DNA of 34,469 nucleotides, from contig NC_083435.1 of NCBI RefSeq assembly GCF_020745735.1, positions 35,942,121-35,976,589 of the forward strand, written 5' to 3'. Origin of the DNA: Hemiscyllium ocellatum. Lineage: Eukaryota. Of the stretch, positions 1 to 10,748 are shown in pieces. The notes below the pieces were generated by a model. It was not told where the DNA came from. It made no database searches and saw only the letters and a program-made list of their open reading frames with translations. Every line of letters begins with the position of its first letter. Within the stretch, counting starts at the first letter, position 1. The translations under genes were made by a program, and so were the position numbers.

Positions 1-220
1 TGCTCAGTGCTTGGGACAACTCCCCACTTGCCCCCACCTGCACCCAGCACCAACAGCTGTACAACCCCCTTCTATCTCCTTTAATAGCTCCCTTTGTCTC
101 ATCCCCAGGGTAAAATGCCCACTGTCAGGCAGGAAGAACCAAGACAGGCAGTGGGCTGTCTGACATTCAGTTCCTCACCCTTCATGAGGAAAGTATCTGA
201 CAGACTGAGTATACTTCACA

Positions 221-483
221 GGGAAATCAGGAAGGCAGAAAGGGGACATGAGGTAGCTTTGGCAAACAGGGTTAATGACAATCTGAAGGGGTTCTGGAAA
301 TACATTAAGGACAAAAGGAGAGAACAGAGTCCCTCAAAGATCAGCCAGGACACCTATGTGTGGAACCACATGAGATGGGGGAGATACTAAATGAGTTGTA
401 TCAGTGTTTATTGTGAGGAAAGATATGGAAGATAGGGACATGAGGAAATAAGTAGTGACAACTTGAATAATGTTCATATTACA
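221..483 (+). mobile_element. CR1 LINE ORF2 fragment (linker upstream of RT)
   Basis: Translates REIRKAERGHEVALANRVNDNLKGFWKYIKDKRR, typical of CR1 ORF2; degenerate afterwards. Confidence 0.7.
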
Positions 484-915
484 TCATTCCGACAGCAGGG
501 AGACCAGAATTGCACACAGAATTTCATAAGTAGGCTAACCAATGTCCTGTACAGCCACAATAGGACCTCCCAGCTCATGTACTCAATACTCTGACCAAAC
601 CGGCGAACATACCAAATACCTTCCTCACTGTCCTAGATCCTTACAGCCCCACATTTGAGGAACTATGACCCAGTACTCCAAGGTCTCTTTGTTCAGAATC
701 ACTCCTCAGATCTTACCATGAAGTGTATAAGTCCTGCCCTTTCCAAAATCAGCCCCTCGCATTTCTGTAAATCAAGCTCCATCTGCCACTCCTCACCCCA
801 CTGGCCCATCGGATCAACACCCCATTGTACTCTGAGGTCACCTTCTTCACTGGCCACTCCACCAAAACTGTTGGGGTCATCTGCAAACTTACTAACCACA
901 CCCTGCGATGTTCTC
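484..915 (-). mobile_element. CR1 LINE RT C-terminal fragment
   Basis: SKFADD motif (VVSKFADDPNSFGGV...LQWGVDPMGQWGEEWQMEL) on the minus strand. Confidence 0.75.
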
Positions 916-1342
916 TTACCATTTTGGGAATACTCAACACACCCCTTTTCCTGCCAAAGGAGGTAACCTCCCATTTTCCACATCCCAGTCCTTTTCCTCC
1001 TGATTTTCCTCAGATATTGCATTCCCATTCCTGGTTGCCATGTCATCCTTGTTTCTGTCATTTAGGTCATTCCAAAGCCTTCAGTTGAGCCTTCAGTTGT
1101 TTACCTCATTGTGAGTGTTACATCCATCCAAGTGGGGACACCTGAACCTGCTCTTTTTGACATCATTCCATTTCCCAAGCACACTGGATGCTCCACTTTC
1201 TTTCCTCTGCCTTCTAGACTTCCTCAGGGCTTTTTAACTCACTGTCACCAACTTTACTCCCTTCAGTTTGGTTCCCATCCGTCTGAACTCATCTCATCAG
1301 CATCAGCAAATCTCCACATAGGCATTTCAGTCCAGTCCCAAT

Positions 1343-1460
1343 AGGGTGTAACCAAGTGGTAGTGTCCCTACACTAGACCGCGAGGCCTGGTTGCAGTCCT
1401 ACCTGCTCCAGAGGTGTGGAACAATATTCATTAGGAAAATGGGTAAAATAAAACAAAAGT
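1343..1460 (+). mobile_element. Degenerate tRNA-derived SINE head
   Basis: A-box-like (aagtggtagtg) and B-box-like (ggttgcagtcc) motifs followed by an A-rich end. Confidence 0.35.
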
Positions 1461-1745
1461 TTCCCTTGACAAGTCTCACCTGCCCCAGGATTAGATTGAA
1501 TTCCTCGGAAGTCCCATGCCATCCCTCAGCACTGCCTCTCTCGCCATGGATTGAAACAACTGATCCTCCTGTTCTTATCCTCACTTCTTACTTTGGATTG
1601 TTTAATGTCCTATTCTTTAATCAGCCGAAACCTCATGCTACAACGATCACTGTCCTTTAAAAGTTCCCTGCTCACTTGTTGCCTCCCTCATTCCTGAGAA
1701 CAAAGTCTTACAGTGTCTCCTCTCTGACTGAACTGGAGACATGTC

Positions 1746-3433
1746 AGAGAGTCATAGAGTCACAGAGATGTACAGCATGGAAACAGACCCTTCGGTCCAT
1801 CCCGTCCATGCTGACCAGATATCCCAATCCAATCTAGGCCCACCTACCAGCACCCGGCCCATATCCCTCCAAACTCTTCCTAAACATATATCCATCCAAA
1901 TGCCTTTTAAATGTTGTAATTGTAGCAGCCTCCACCACTTCCTCTGGCAGCTCATTCCATAGACATACCTCCCTCTGTGTGAAAAAGTTGCCCCTTAGGT
2001 CTCTTTTATATCTTTCCCCTTTCGCACTAAACCTATACCCTCGAGTTCTGGACTCCCCGATACCAGGGAAAAGACCTTGGGTATTTACCCTATCCATGCC
2101 CCTAATGATATTGTAAACCTCTATAAGGTCACCTCTCAGCCTCCAACACTCCCTGGAAACATCCTTGTAATTCTTTTCTGAACCCTTTCAAGTTTCACAA
2201 CATCCTTCCGATAGGAAGGAAACCAGAATTACACGCAATATTCCAACAGTGGCATAACCAATGTACTGTACAGCCACAACATGACCTCTCAACTCCTGTA
2301 CTCAATACTCTGACCAATAAAGGCAAGCATAATAAACACCTTCTTCACTATCCTATCTACCTGTGACTGTACTTTCAAGGAGCTATGAACCTGCACCCCA
2401 AGGTCTCTTTGTTCAGCAACACTCCCTGGGACCTTACCATTAAGTGTATAAGTCCTGCTCAGATTTGTTTTCCCAAAATGCAGCACTTCACATTTATCTG
2501 AATTAAACTCCATCTGCCACTCCTCAGCCCATTGGCCCATCTGGTCAAGATCCCATTGTAATCTGCGGTAACCTTCTTTGCTGTCCATTACACCACCAAT
2601 TTTGGTGTCATCTGCAAACTTACTAACTATACTTCTTAAACTCACATCCAAGTCATTTATATAAATCATTTATATGAAACGTAGTGGACCCAATCCTTGT
2701 AGCACTCCACTGGTCACAGGCCTCCAGTCTGAAAAACTATCCTGCACCACCAGCCTCTGTCTTCTACCTTTGAGTCAGTTCTGTATCCAAATGGCTAGTT
2801 CACCCTGTATTCCATGAGATCTAACCTTGCTAATCAACTTCCCATTGGAACCTTGTCTTACTGAAGTCCATATAGATCACATGTACATCTCTGCCCTCAT
2901 CAATCCTCTTTGTTGCTTATTCAAAAAACTCAATCAAGTTTGTGAGACATGATTTCCCATGCACAAAGTCATGTTGACGATCCCGAATCAGTCCTTGCCT
3001 TTCCAAATACATGCACATCCTGTCCCTCAGGATTCCCTCCAACAACTTGCCCACCACCGAGGTCAGGCTCACCGGGCTATAGTTCTCTGGCTTGTCTTTC
3101 CTGCCCTTCTTAAACAGTGGCACCATGTTTGCCAACCTCCAGTCTTCTGACACCTCACCTGTGACTATCGATGATACAAATATCTCAGCAAGAGGCCCAG
3201 CAATCACTTCCCTAACCTCCCACAGAGTTCTAGGGTACACCTGATCAGGTCCTGGGGAGTTATCCACTTTTATGCATTTCAACACATCCAGCACTTCCTC
3301 CTCTGTAATAAGGACACTTTTCAAGATGTCACCATCTATTTCCCTACATTCTATATCTTCCATGTCCTTTTCCACAGTAAATACTGATGCAAAATACTTA
3401 TTTAGTCTCTTCCCCATCTCCTGCAGCTCCACA
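1746..3433 (-). mobile_element. 5'-truncated, internally deleted CR1 LINE
   Basis: RT ORF pieces (NYSPVSLTSVVGKLLE, IYINDLD...SKFADDTKIGG, LKRHLDGYM), 3' UTR and (AGAGTCAT)n tail at about 1746-1765. Confidence 0.92.
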
Positions 3434-3995
3434 CATGGGAGAAAATCTTCTTCAGCGCACTCTCACACTCTTGGACTTTACTATTCTGTATCCTCCTGAT
3501 ATTCCCGTTTGGCTTAGTTCCTAATTTTGTTGTTTAAATACCTTTCCCCAATCCCACACTTCATATCATAGAAAACGAGAGAAGCTTTATGGCTGATTTC
3601 TTTACCCAGCAGTCTATGCGGTGGGGACTATCCCCTCCCAAGGTCACAGGGGAGTGGTGCACGGACACACTGACAGCCAATGTTTGGAGCATGCCCAGTG
3701 TGATCAGTATACACACATAAACACATCTTGTTCCCTGTCTGATCTTCCTTTGTGTGATCGGCCCAGATCAGGTCTAATATTGATCATTAAACCCATCACA
3801 CACACTCTCATCCTCACTGACTGAATATTGATGGGATGGGAGAGATCTCCAGAATCTCCATAAAGTGTAAGGATGGAGGGGAGTGTGGGAATGAGGATTT
3901 CTGACACAATCTCCATCCCCTCACAGTTGTTGTGTTTTCACTCTCTGAGAATGGATTATTCCCCATTCTAATGGACATTTATTTTGTTCCTGCAG

Positions 3996-4028
3996 GTTCC
4001 CCAAGTGGGACCTACACAACAGCTCCCA
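3996..4028 (+). CDS. Candidate MHC class I cytoplasmic exon (exon-6 equivalent), (G)SPSGTYTTAP
   Basis: Acceptor ttttgttcctgcag, donor gtaagt, exactly 33 bp, phase 1-1, YxxA motif as in class I exon 6. Confidence 0.6.
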
Positions 4029-4417
4029 GTAAGTGACTGAGGGGACAGAGTGTTGAGAATGATGGGAGAGGGATTGGAAGGTGGAGAGTTAAATTTCCTG
4101 GGAATTACTCAGGAGTGGAATCCTCAACATCCAGATCCTCAGCCTGCAGTTGTTCCTTCTTTTGTCCTTGCTCTTCAATCTCTCTTCCTCAATCATTTTT
4201 CATCCACTTGCTCACTGTCCAGGTCTTTCAGCATCCTCCCCTCAGCCGCAGCCCTCCCCACCCTCTCCCTCACCATGTTCTGGGGTATGTGAGGTGGGAC
4301 AGTGCTGTGCCTTTAAGAGATGTGTTTTGTCCTGTTTCTCTTGCAGAGGGCTGTTGTCACACTGGGACCGAAATGTCTCATTCAGACAAGCAGGTGGTGA
4401 ACAGCTTTCAATCATGA

Positions 4418-4792
4418 GTGGGTGGGGCCGGGCTGGGTGGGGCTGGGGTGGGTGGGGCTGGGCTGGATGGGTGGGGTCGGTTTGGGTGGCTAGGGCCAGG
4501 GTGGGTGGGCTGGGCTGGGTGGGTTGGGTGGGCAGGGGCCGTGCTGGGTGGGCGGGGTGGCTGGACTCAGGCTGGGTGGGCTGGGGAGGCTGGGGTCGGG
4601 CTGGGTGGGCTGGGGCTGGGCTGGATGGGTGGGGTCGGTTTGGGTGGCTAGGGCCAGAATGGGTGGGCTGGGCTGGGTGGGCAGGGGCTGCTGGGTGGGC
4701 GGGGTGGCTGGACTCGGGCTGGGTGGGCTGGGTAGGGTGGGGTCGGGCTGGGTGGGCTGGGTGGCTGGGGTCGGCTGGGGTGGGCTGGGTTT
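4418..4792 (+). repeat. G-rich degenerate tandem array of GGGT/GGGCT units with about 150-bp higher-order duplication
   Basis: Visible directly; ctggatgggtggggtcggtttgggtggctagggccag occurs at 4463 and 4621. Confidence 0.95.
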
Positions 4793-5730
4793 GGTGAAGT
4801 CTTTGCTGGCTGCTGGAGCTGAAAACTTGAGTTCTCTGCTGCTGGAGTGAAACCTTCGACAGAGAGGCTTCCTTTCAGGAATCAACAGGGGCAAATGTTT
4901 CTTTGGGTGTTTCCTACAACTGAGCTGGAGAGAGATAGCATGTGAGAACAACAACTTCTGCTGAATTTCATTGGTCAAGAGTTTAAGGGATGCTTTTAAA
5001 TATATCAATCGGATTAAAGTTATGCCTTTCTTTTGTATTTTAACTGTACTGTAAAAATAAAGTGTGTTTTGTTTAAAGCCGAGAGATGGGCCAATCAAAT
5101 CACATCTGGAACACAGCACCTTGACTTGCCTTTCAAGAAATATAAACGTTAGTGTCGAGGCAATTTCCATCATATACTTTGTGAGGGAACTGGTCTGATC
5201 TGTAATAAATTGAGATGTCTGGTCTGGAATCAGAACCTCCAACTCCAGGTTGGGTTCAGGAGGATTGTCCTCAAAGGCAGCAAATGGTGAGTGTTGGTAT
5301 TCTCTTTTGACGTGTTGCATTCAGTTGGTTTGAATAGGGGTGTGTTGTATAATAATGGCTGTTCTCAGAGGTTAAACGTTTCTGGGCTGTGGGGCAAGTA
5401 GTCCCTTGGGCTGGATTGCAGATGGTGAATAATGGAAAGCTTTTGGAATTGGCAGATGAGCTACAGTTACCTGCAGATGTGAGGGAGATAATGGCAGTGA
5501 GAGCTCTGCATTTCTGGCAAATGTAGGTGCTCTCAGAATCGTTGGAAATGGTTAAACTTCAATTGCACATGAAGCATCTAATAATACAGGCAACAGTAAA
5601 AGAGAGAGAACATTGCAGTAGAACAAAGAGCAAAAAAATTAGACCAGCTTGAATATGAAAAGGAAATGAAACAGTTTGCATTCCAGTTGCAAGCAGAACA
5701 AAAAGAGAAAAAGGATATTGTCTTTTATAA
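4793..5730 (+). mobile_element. Degenerate LTR retrotransposon (Gypsy-like): LTR remnant plus gag N-terminus
   Basis: LTR-like block with AATAAA near 5055 ending ...tgtaataa near 5208, then eroded gag-like text (KLLELADEL; MVKLQLHMKHL...EREH); left boundary uncertain. Confidence 0.45.
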
Positions 5731-5803
5731 CTGATGACTGAAAAAGTAAAATACTATTATCAACATATTTAAACTCTCTTGTTTTTACTAATGCTGACTG
5801 GCT

Positions 5804-6010
5804 TATAGAGTCATCGAGATGTACAGCACGGAAACAGACCCTTCGGTCCATCCCGTCCATGCTGACCAGATATCCCAACCCAATCTAGTCCCACCTGCCA
5901 GCACCCGGCCCATATCCCTCCAAACACTTCCTTATTCATATACCATCCAGATGCCTCTTAAATGTTGTAATTGTACCAGCCTCCACCACTTCCTCTGGCA
6001 GCTCATTCCA
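5804..6010 (-). mobile_element. CR1 3' end fragment
   Basis: Near-identical to 1755-1960 (gagatgtacagca.ggaaacagacccttcggtccatccc...). Confidence 0.85.
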
Positions 6011-7895
6011 AGCTTGATGTGAATTTGCATTATTTTCTATCGTTAATTGGAGATAGAATACAGTTGTGTTGTTTAATCAGTGTGTATGAATGTCAAAAGG
6101 AAATCAATAGCTAACTATTGAAGTAAATAGAAACTGTAACAGTCTTCTGTGTAATACAGACAGGTAAATCATAATTTGAACAGGGCTATTTAAACAGATG
6201 TATTAGCATTTCACAGGTCTTATGTTTTCTCCAAATTAGTTTGCAGATTATAAATGATGTCACGAGTGACCAATAAGTGGACAATATGTGACCTGTGACA
6301 ACATTATGTTGTTACCCTCGGAAATCATTGTGCAAAACAATCTGACAGCAATTATTCAAAATTCCAATTCCAGGCAACAAATCCTAAATGGCTGCAATTA
6401 GTTAAACCTTCGATAAGATTTACAGTCAATTTTCTATGTCCTCTTAGTGACTGAAAAGAAATGAATTTTATTCAGTTGACAATCTTATTTCATCCAGTTT
6501 ATTTTAATCTTTGCAAACAATTGAATTCCTGAATGAAGCAGTGCAGAGTCAGGCTTGTGGTTTTGGGTGAGTCAAAAATGATCAAGGAACAACTATAATA
6601 ACTCTTTTTTTTATTCAGACTGTTTAATTGGCCAGTTTAATTTTTTTTTACTAAATATAGTAATTGGTTTCCTCTGTGGGCAGTATCTCCATACACAGAA
6701 AATCTGATCATTGAAATGATGTTTAAAAATATTTAATAAACCAACTTTGATTCTACAGGTATTGAACAAGAATCTGACCAAAGATCCTCACTAAATATAA
6801 TGTTCTCCACCAAAATGTGCTGAGGGGTTAGGGTGAGGATTGAAAACATTGGAGGGCAGAGGAGGTGGAAGCCACAGCATTTGCAAGGTAGTGAAGGAGT
6901 GCAGGCTTAGAAAATCAGCAAATACAATCAATAAAGTTGAAAGTTAGGAGTATGAGGATAAGGAAAGGAGATGAAGAAGCAGCGGTCGAAAGCTAGTTCT
7001 TCCAAATATACATAGAACATAGAACAATACAGCACAGAACAGGCCCTTCGGCCCACGATGTTGTGCCGAACATTTGTCCTAGCTTAAGCACCTATCCATG
7101 TACCTATCCAATTGCCGCTTAAAGGTCACCAATGATTCTGACTCTGCCACTCCCACAGGCATCACTCTCTGGGTAAAGAACCTACCCTGACATCCCCTCT
7201 ATACTTTCCACCCTTCACATCAAATTTATGTCCCCTTGTAACACTCTGTTGTACCCGGGGAAAAAGTCTCTGTCTACTCTATCTATTCCCCTGATCATCT
7301 TATAAACTTCTATCATGTCACCCCTCATCCTTCGCCGTTCCAATGAGAAAAGGCCTAGCACTCTCAACCTATCCTCATACGACCTATTCTCCATTCCAGG
7401 CAACATCCTGGTAAATCTCCTCTGCACCCTCTCCAAAGCTACCACATCTTTCCTAAAGTGAGGCGACCAGAACTGCACACAGTAATCCAAATGTGGCCTA
7501 ACCAAAGACCTGTACAGCTGCAACATCACCTCACGACTCTTGAGAATTCCATCCCTCTGCTAATGAATGCTAATACACCATAGGCCTTCTTACAAGTTCT
7601 ATCCACCTGAGTGGCAACTTTCAAAGAGCTATGAACATAGACCCCAAGATCCCTCTGCTCCTCCACCTTACTAAGAACCCGACCGTTAACTCTGTATTCC
7701 GCATTCTTATTTGTCCTTCCAAAATGGACAACCTCACACTTGACAGGGTTGAACTCCATCTGCCACTCCTCAGCCCAGCTCTGCATCATATCTAAGTCCC
7801 TTTGCAGCCGACAACAGCCCTCCTCACTATCCAAAACTCCACCAATCTTCGTATCGTCTGCAAATTTACTGACCCACTCTTCGACTCCCTCTTCC

Positions 7896-8126
7896 TGACC
7901 TCTCCGCCCCCACCCCACTCCAGCCTATCACCCTCACCTTGACCTCCTTCCACCTATCCCACCTCCATCGCCCCTCCCCCAAGTCCCTCCTCCCTACCTT
8001 TTATCTTAGCCTGCTTGGCTACTCTCTCTCATTCCTGATGAAGGGCTTATGCTCGAAACGTCGAATTCTCTATTCCTGAGATGCTGCCTGGCCTGCTGTG
8101 CTTTGACCAGCAACACATTTTCAGCT
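7896..8126 (+). mobile_element. Non-autonomous Penelope-like terminal-repeat insertion with 13-bp target-site duplication
   Basis: gactccctcttcc flanks both sides (7883-7895 and 8127-8139); the CR1 reading resumes across the insert; PLE assignment from similarity to other PLE ends in the window. Confidence 0.75.
8031..8066 (+). ncRNA. Minimal type I hammerhead ribozyme motif
   Basis: attc-CTGATGA-a-gggc(ttat)gctc-GAAAC-GTC-gaat: complete core, 4-bp stems I and II, palindromic ACGT stem III, GUC site at 8060-8062. Confidence 0.65.
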
Positions 8127-8854
8127 GACTCCCTCTTCCAAGTCATTAATAAAAATTACAAACAGCAGAGGACCCAGAACTGATCCCTGTGGAACTCCAT
8201 TTGTGACTGGGCTCCAGGCTGAATATTTACCATCTACCACCACTCTCTGACTTCGACCGGTTAGCCAGTTCTCTATCCAACTGGCCAAATTTCCCACTGT
8301 CCCATGCCTCCTGACTTTCCGCATAAGCCTACCATGGGGAACCTTATCAAATGCCTTACTAAATGCCTTATCAAATGCCTTACTACATTTTGGACGATAA
8401 CCTGGTGTTGTGCAATCTTTTAGATTGGGTTGCAGGTTTCAGAGGGTCCCAGACTATGGGCCACAAAATCTTCTTGATGGAGCAACACCGCCACCTGCTG
8501 CCTAACAACGGGATTCCATGGGTTTGTTCATCTCCTGCATTACCGGCGGTGGACAGTTGGTGGCGGTATTGTCCGTCTTCCACCATTCAAACCCACACAA
8601 TGGAGTTAATGTACTTCTTTCAAGCCACCGCACTGCCATCGTTGATTATGATGCATCTCTCTAAACACAATTTGTCAAATAAAAATCAGACATTCTACAG
8701 ACATGATCCTGAACTTCCAGTCACATCGTTTTAATTGTCCCAATCTCACTTCAACTTCGATTTGAACAAATCAGATTTACAAATGCCACAGGGACATATA
8801 ATAGGACAGCAAATTATTGCAGCTACTGGAAACCTGAAATATAAATTCAAAACT

Positions 8855-9010
8855 CTGGAAATCCCCAGCAGGTCAGGCAGTATCTGTAATGAGAAAAAGA
8901 CAGTCAAGGTCTCAGGTTCAACATCTGCACCAATCCTGAAGAAGGGTCTTGTTTCTCCCTGCACAGATACTGAGAGACATGCTGAGCATTGTCAACACTT
9001 GGCATTTCTC
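8855..9010. repeat. Degenerate quasi-palindromic repeat related to PLE termini
   Basis: cagcaggtcaggcagtatctgt ... acagatactgagagacatgctg arms with an internal ctgaagaagggtc half-hammerhead. Confidence 0.4.
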
Positions 9011-9954
9011 CTGAAGCAAAACAACCTGTTTGTCCATCCTGCAAAAAGCCATCAGAGCTCCTCATTCTCCAACAGCAAGAAACCCAGAGGCAGCTGCTTG
9101 AGGTCTCGTTTAGCACAATTTTAAACTTTAATTTTATATCATGTTAATGTATGAAGTAAACATTCACAACTTGCTCAGCAATCAAACTAGACAAAGCATT
9201 AAATTGATAGCTTGTTACAAATTGAGTAATTGATAAAAATAACCAATGAAATGTGTGAAGGTGCAGAGCGAACTAAAAATCTTTCTTATCATTTTGCTTA
9301 AGAAGCAGAGCTGGAAGGGGACAGCCTGAGGCTCAGATCTGGGTCATCAGGGAGGGGGAGGAGATTCAATAAGGAGTTGGGTTTAAGTAACGCTGAGTTG
9401 ACATTCTCCTCTGGTGGTGCACTCTCTGAGCTGCTGTCGATGGAATTCATACAAAAAAAGGTGTAGGAAGTGGTTTTCCCTCCCACCTGGGTTTTCTCCC
9501 CCTCCTGGTCCAGGGTTCACACAGTGGGTCACACACCAACAGTCCCCTACTCCCACATTATACCATTGTGAAGGAGAAGGTTGATTGGGGAGATGGTTGA
9601 CTCAGGGCCTCACACCAGCCAGAAACAGTCCATTTTTAATTTTCTTGAAATAGTGTACACGTGGTCAGGTCAAGTTCAAATGAAAAATAATTTTGGTAAC
9701 TTACTGGGAATATACTTGATAAGAGCATTGCAAGTGTATCACAGAAATACAACATTTGCTGTCACCAAAACAGAGAAAATGAGTTTGTAAATTAAACAGA
9801 AAGCGAGGAATGAAGAAATATGAAGAGCTAATAATGACATTGATCGGCCAACGATCATCACTATTATTCATGGTCAGTATTCAGTTATGTTTCAATCATC
9901 AATCAGATAATTAGTGAATTACAAACAGGAAGGACCTAAAAGAGAAATATTCAA

Positions 9955-10058
9955 ATGGTCACGGTCCACTCGTGATAGAGAGATATTGGAATGATCACCG
10001 TCCACTCGTGATAGAGAGATATTGGAATGGTCACCATCCACTCGTGATAGAGAGATAC
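9955..10058 (+). repeat. 36-bp tandem repeat, 2.9 copies
   Basis: Unit atggtcacggtccactcgtgatagagagatattgga at 9955, 9991 and 10027. Confidence 0.95.
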
Positions 10059-10748
10059 TTTTGAATCAGGGTGTATGGATATATTGTGAAACCTATGGAG
10101 CAGCTGAGCATTCTGGGATATGACCATTGCCTCACAAGAGCCCAACTCATTCTGTGTAATCTGTGATGAACAGATTGAACAACTAGAAAAAAATTTAAAA
10201 TATTGCAGTAATCTGTGGATGTTGTACAGGAGGTAATAGGCAATTTAAAGAAATTTACCCTCATCTCCATTCAGCCAGGCTCAGGGGAAGAGATTTCACA
10301 GCCCCACGCAGGGAGAGGGTCCTTGTAAATAACACACAGAGTCCGATCGTGGGTCAGTTCCTGTGGGAGGCTGACAGAGTGGTCACGGACAGACATGGAC
10401 TACATCCCCCAGAGTGCAGCCTGTGATCAAAATAAATGACCACATGGAACGGGGCTGTCATTCCAGGACAGTGGGAATGTGAGAGCTGGAATTCTGACCT
10501 GGATCAGAGAGCCTGTTCCTTATCTGCTCCAGGTTGGGGTGTGAGAAAGGTGTGAGCTACTGGAGAAAGAGTCAGTGCTGCCTGAGTCTGGGACCCTCTG
10601 ACAGCACAGACCCTGGGGATCAGCACCGTGTGTGACCCCCCTCACCCTGGGCCTGACTCAGGATCCCCATTCACCTTTGATCAGATTGTTTCTCAGTTTC
10701 AGTTAAGAATTAATGATTGATCCTTGATTCTTATTGGGTTAGTGACAG

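Larger units (their letters stand above)
7008..8385 (-). mobile_element. CR1 LINE 3' part, interrupted by an insertion at 7896-8126
   Basis: RT motifs [20 protein letters not shown] / SKFADDTKIGG, LYRSLVRPHLDYCVQFWSP and (AGAACAT)n tail; 24-bp tandem duplication at about 8343-8385. Confidence 0.92.

Noticed and set aside
221-915. Opposed CR1 fragments as a twin-priming inversion
   Set aside because: Fragments meet tail-to-tail, whereas twin priming joins 5' ends; more likely independent insertions or a rearrangement
1012-1110. TM exon (DIAFPFLVAMSSLFLSF...)
   Set aside because: Hydrophobicity explained by a polypyrimidine tract; no basic stop-transfer residues and phase 1-2 does not fit the phase-1 exon at 3996
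3472-3655. WTLLFCILLIFPFGLV resembles the leader WTLVFFLVL, and gtcacaggggag recurs at about 3643
   Set aside because: No ATG or donor in position, and the matches are short enough to be chance
4490-5320. 276-aa minus ORF and overlapping Gly/Trp-rich plus ORFs
   Set aside because: Read-through of a stop-poor G-rich repeat and an LTR remnant; no domain signature
9298-9486. Minus ORF (…LPDDPDLSLRLSPSSSAS) with faint inverted similarity to 32430-32760
   Set aside because: Similarity too weak to establish by eye; no recognisable protein
9955-10058. CRISPR-like 36-bp repeats
   Set aside because: Units are directly adjacent with no spacers, there are no cas genes, and the DNA is vertebrate
10440-10539. 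Possible degenerate alpha1 3' end (CAG GTT GGG G-tgtgag)
   Set aside because: The frame (ILTWIREPVPYLLQVG) shows no alpha1 helix motifs and has upstream stops
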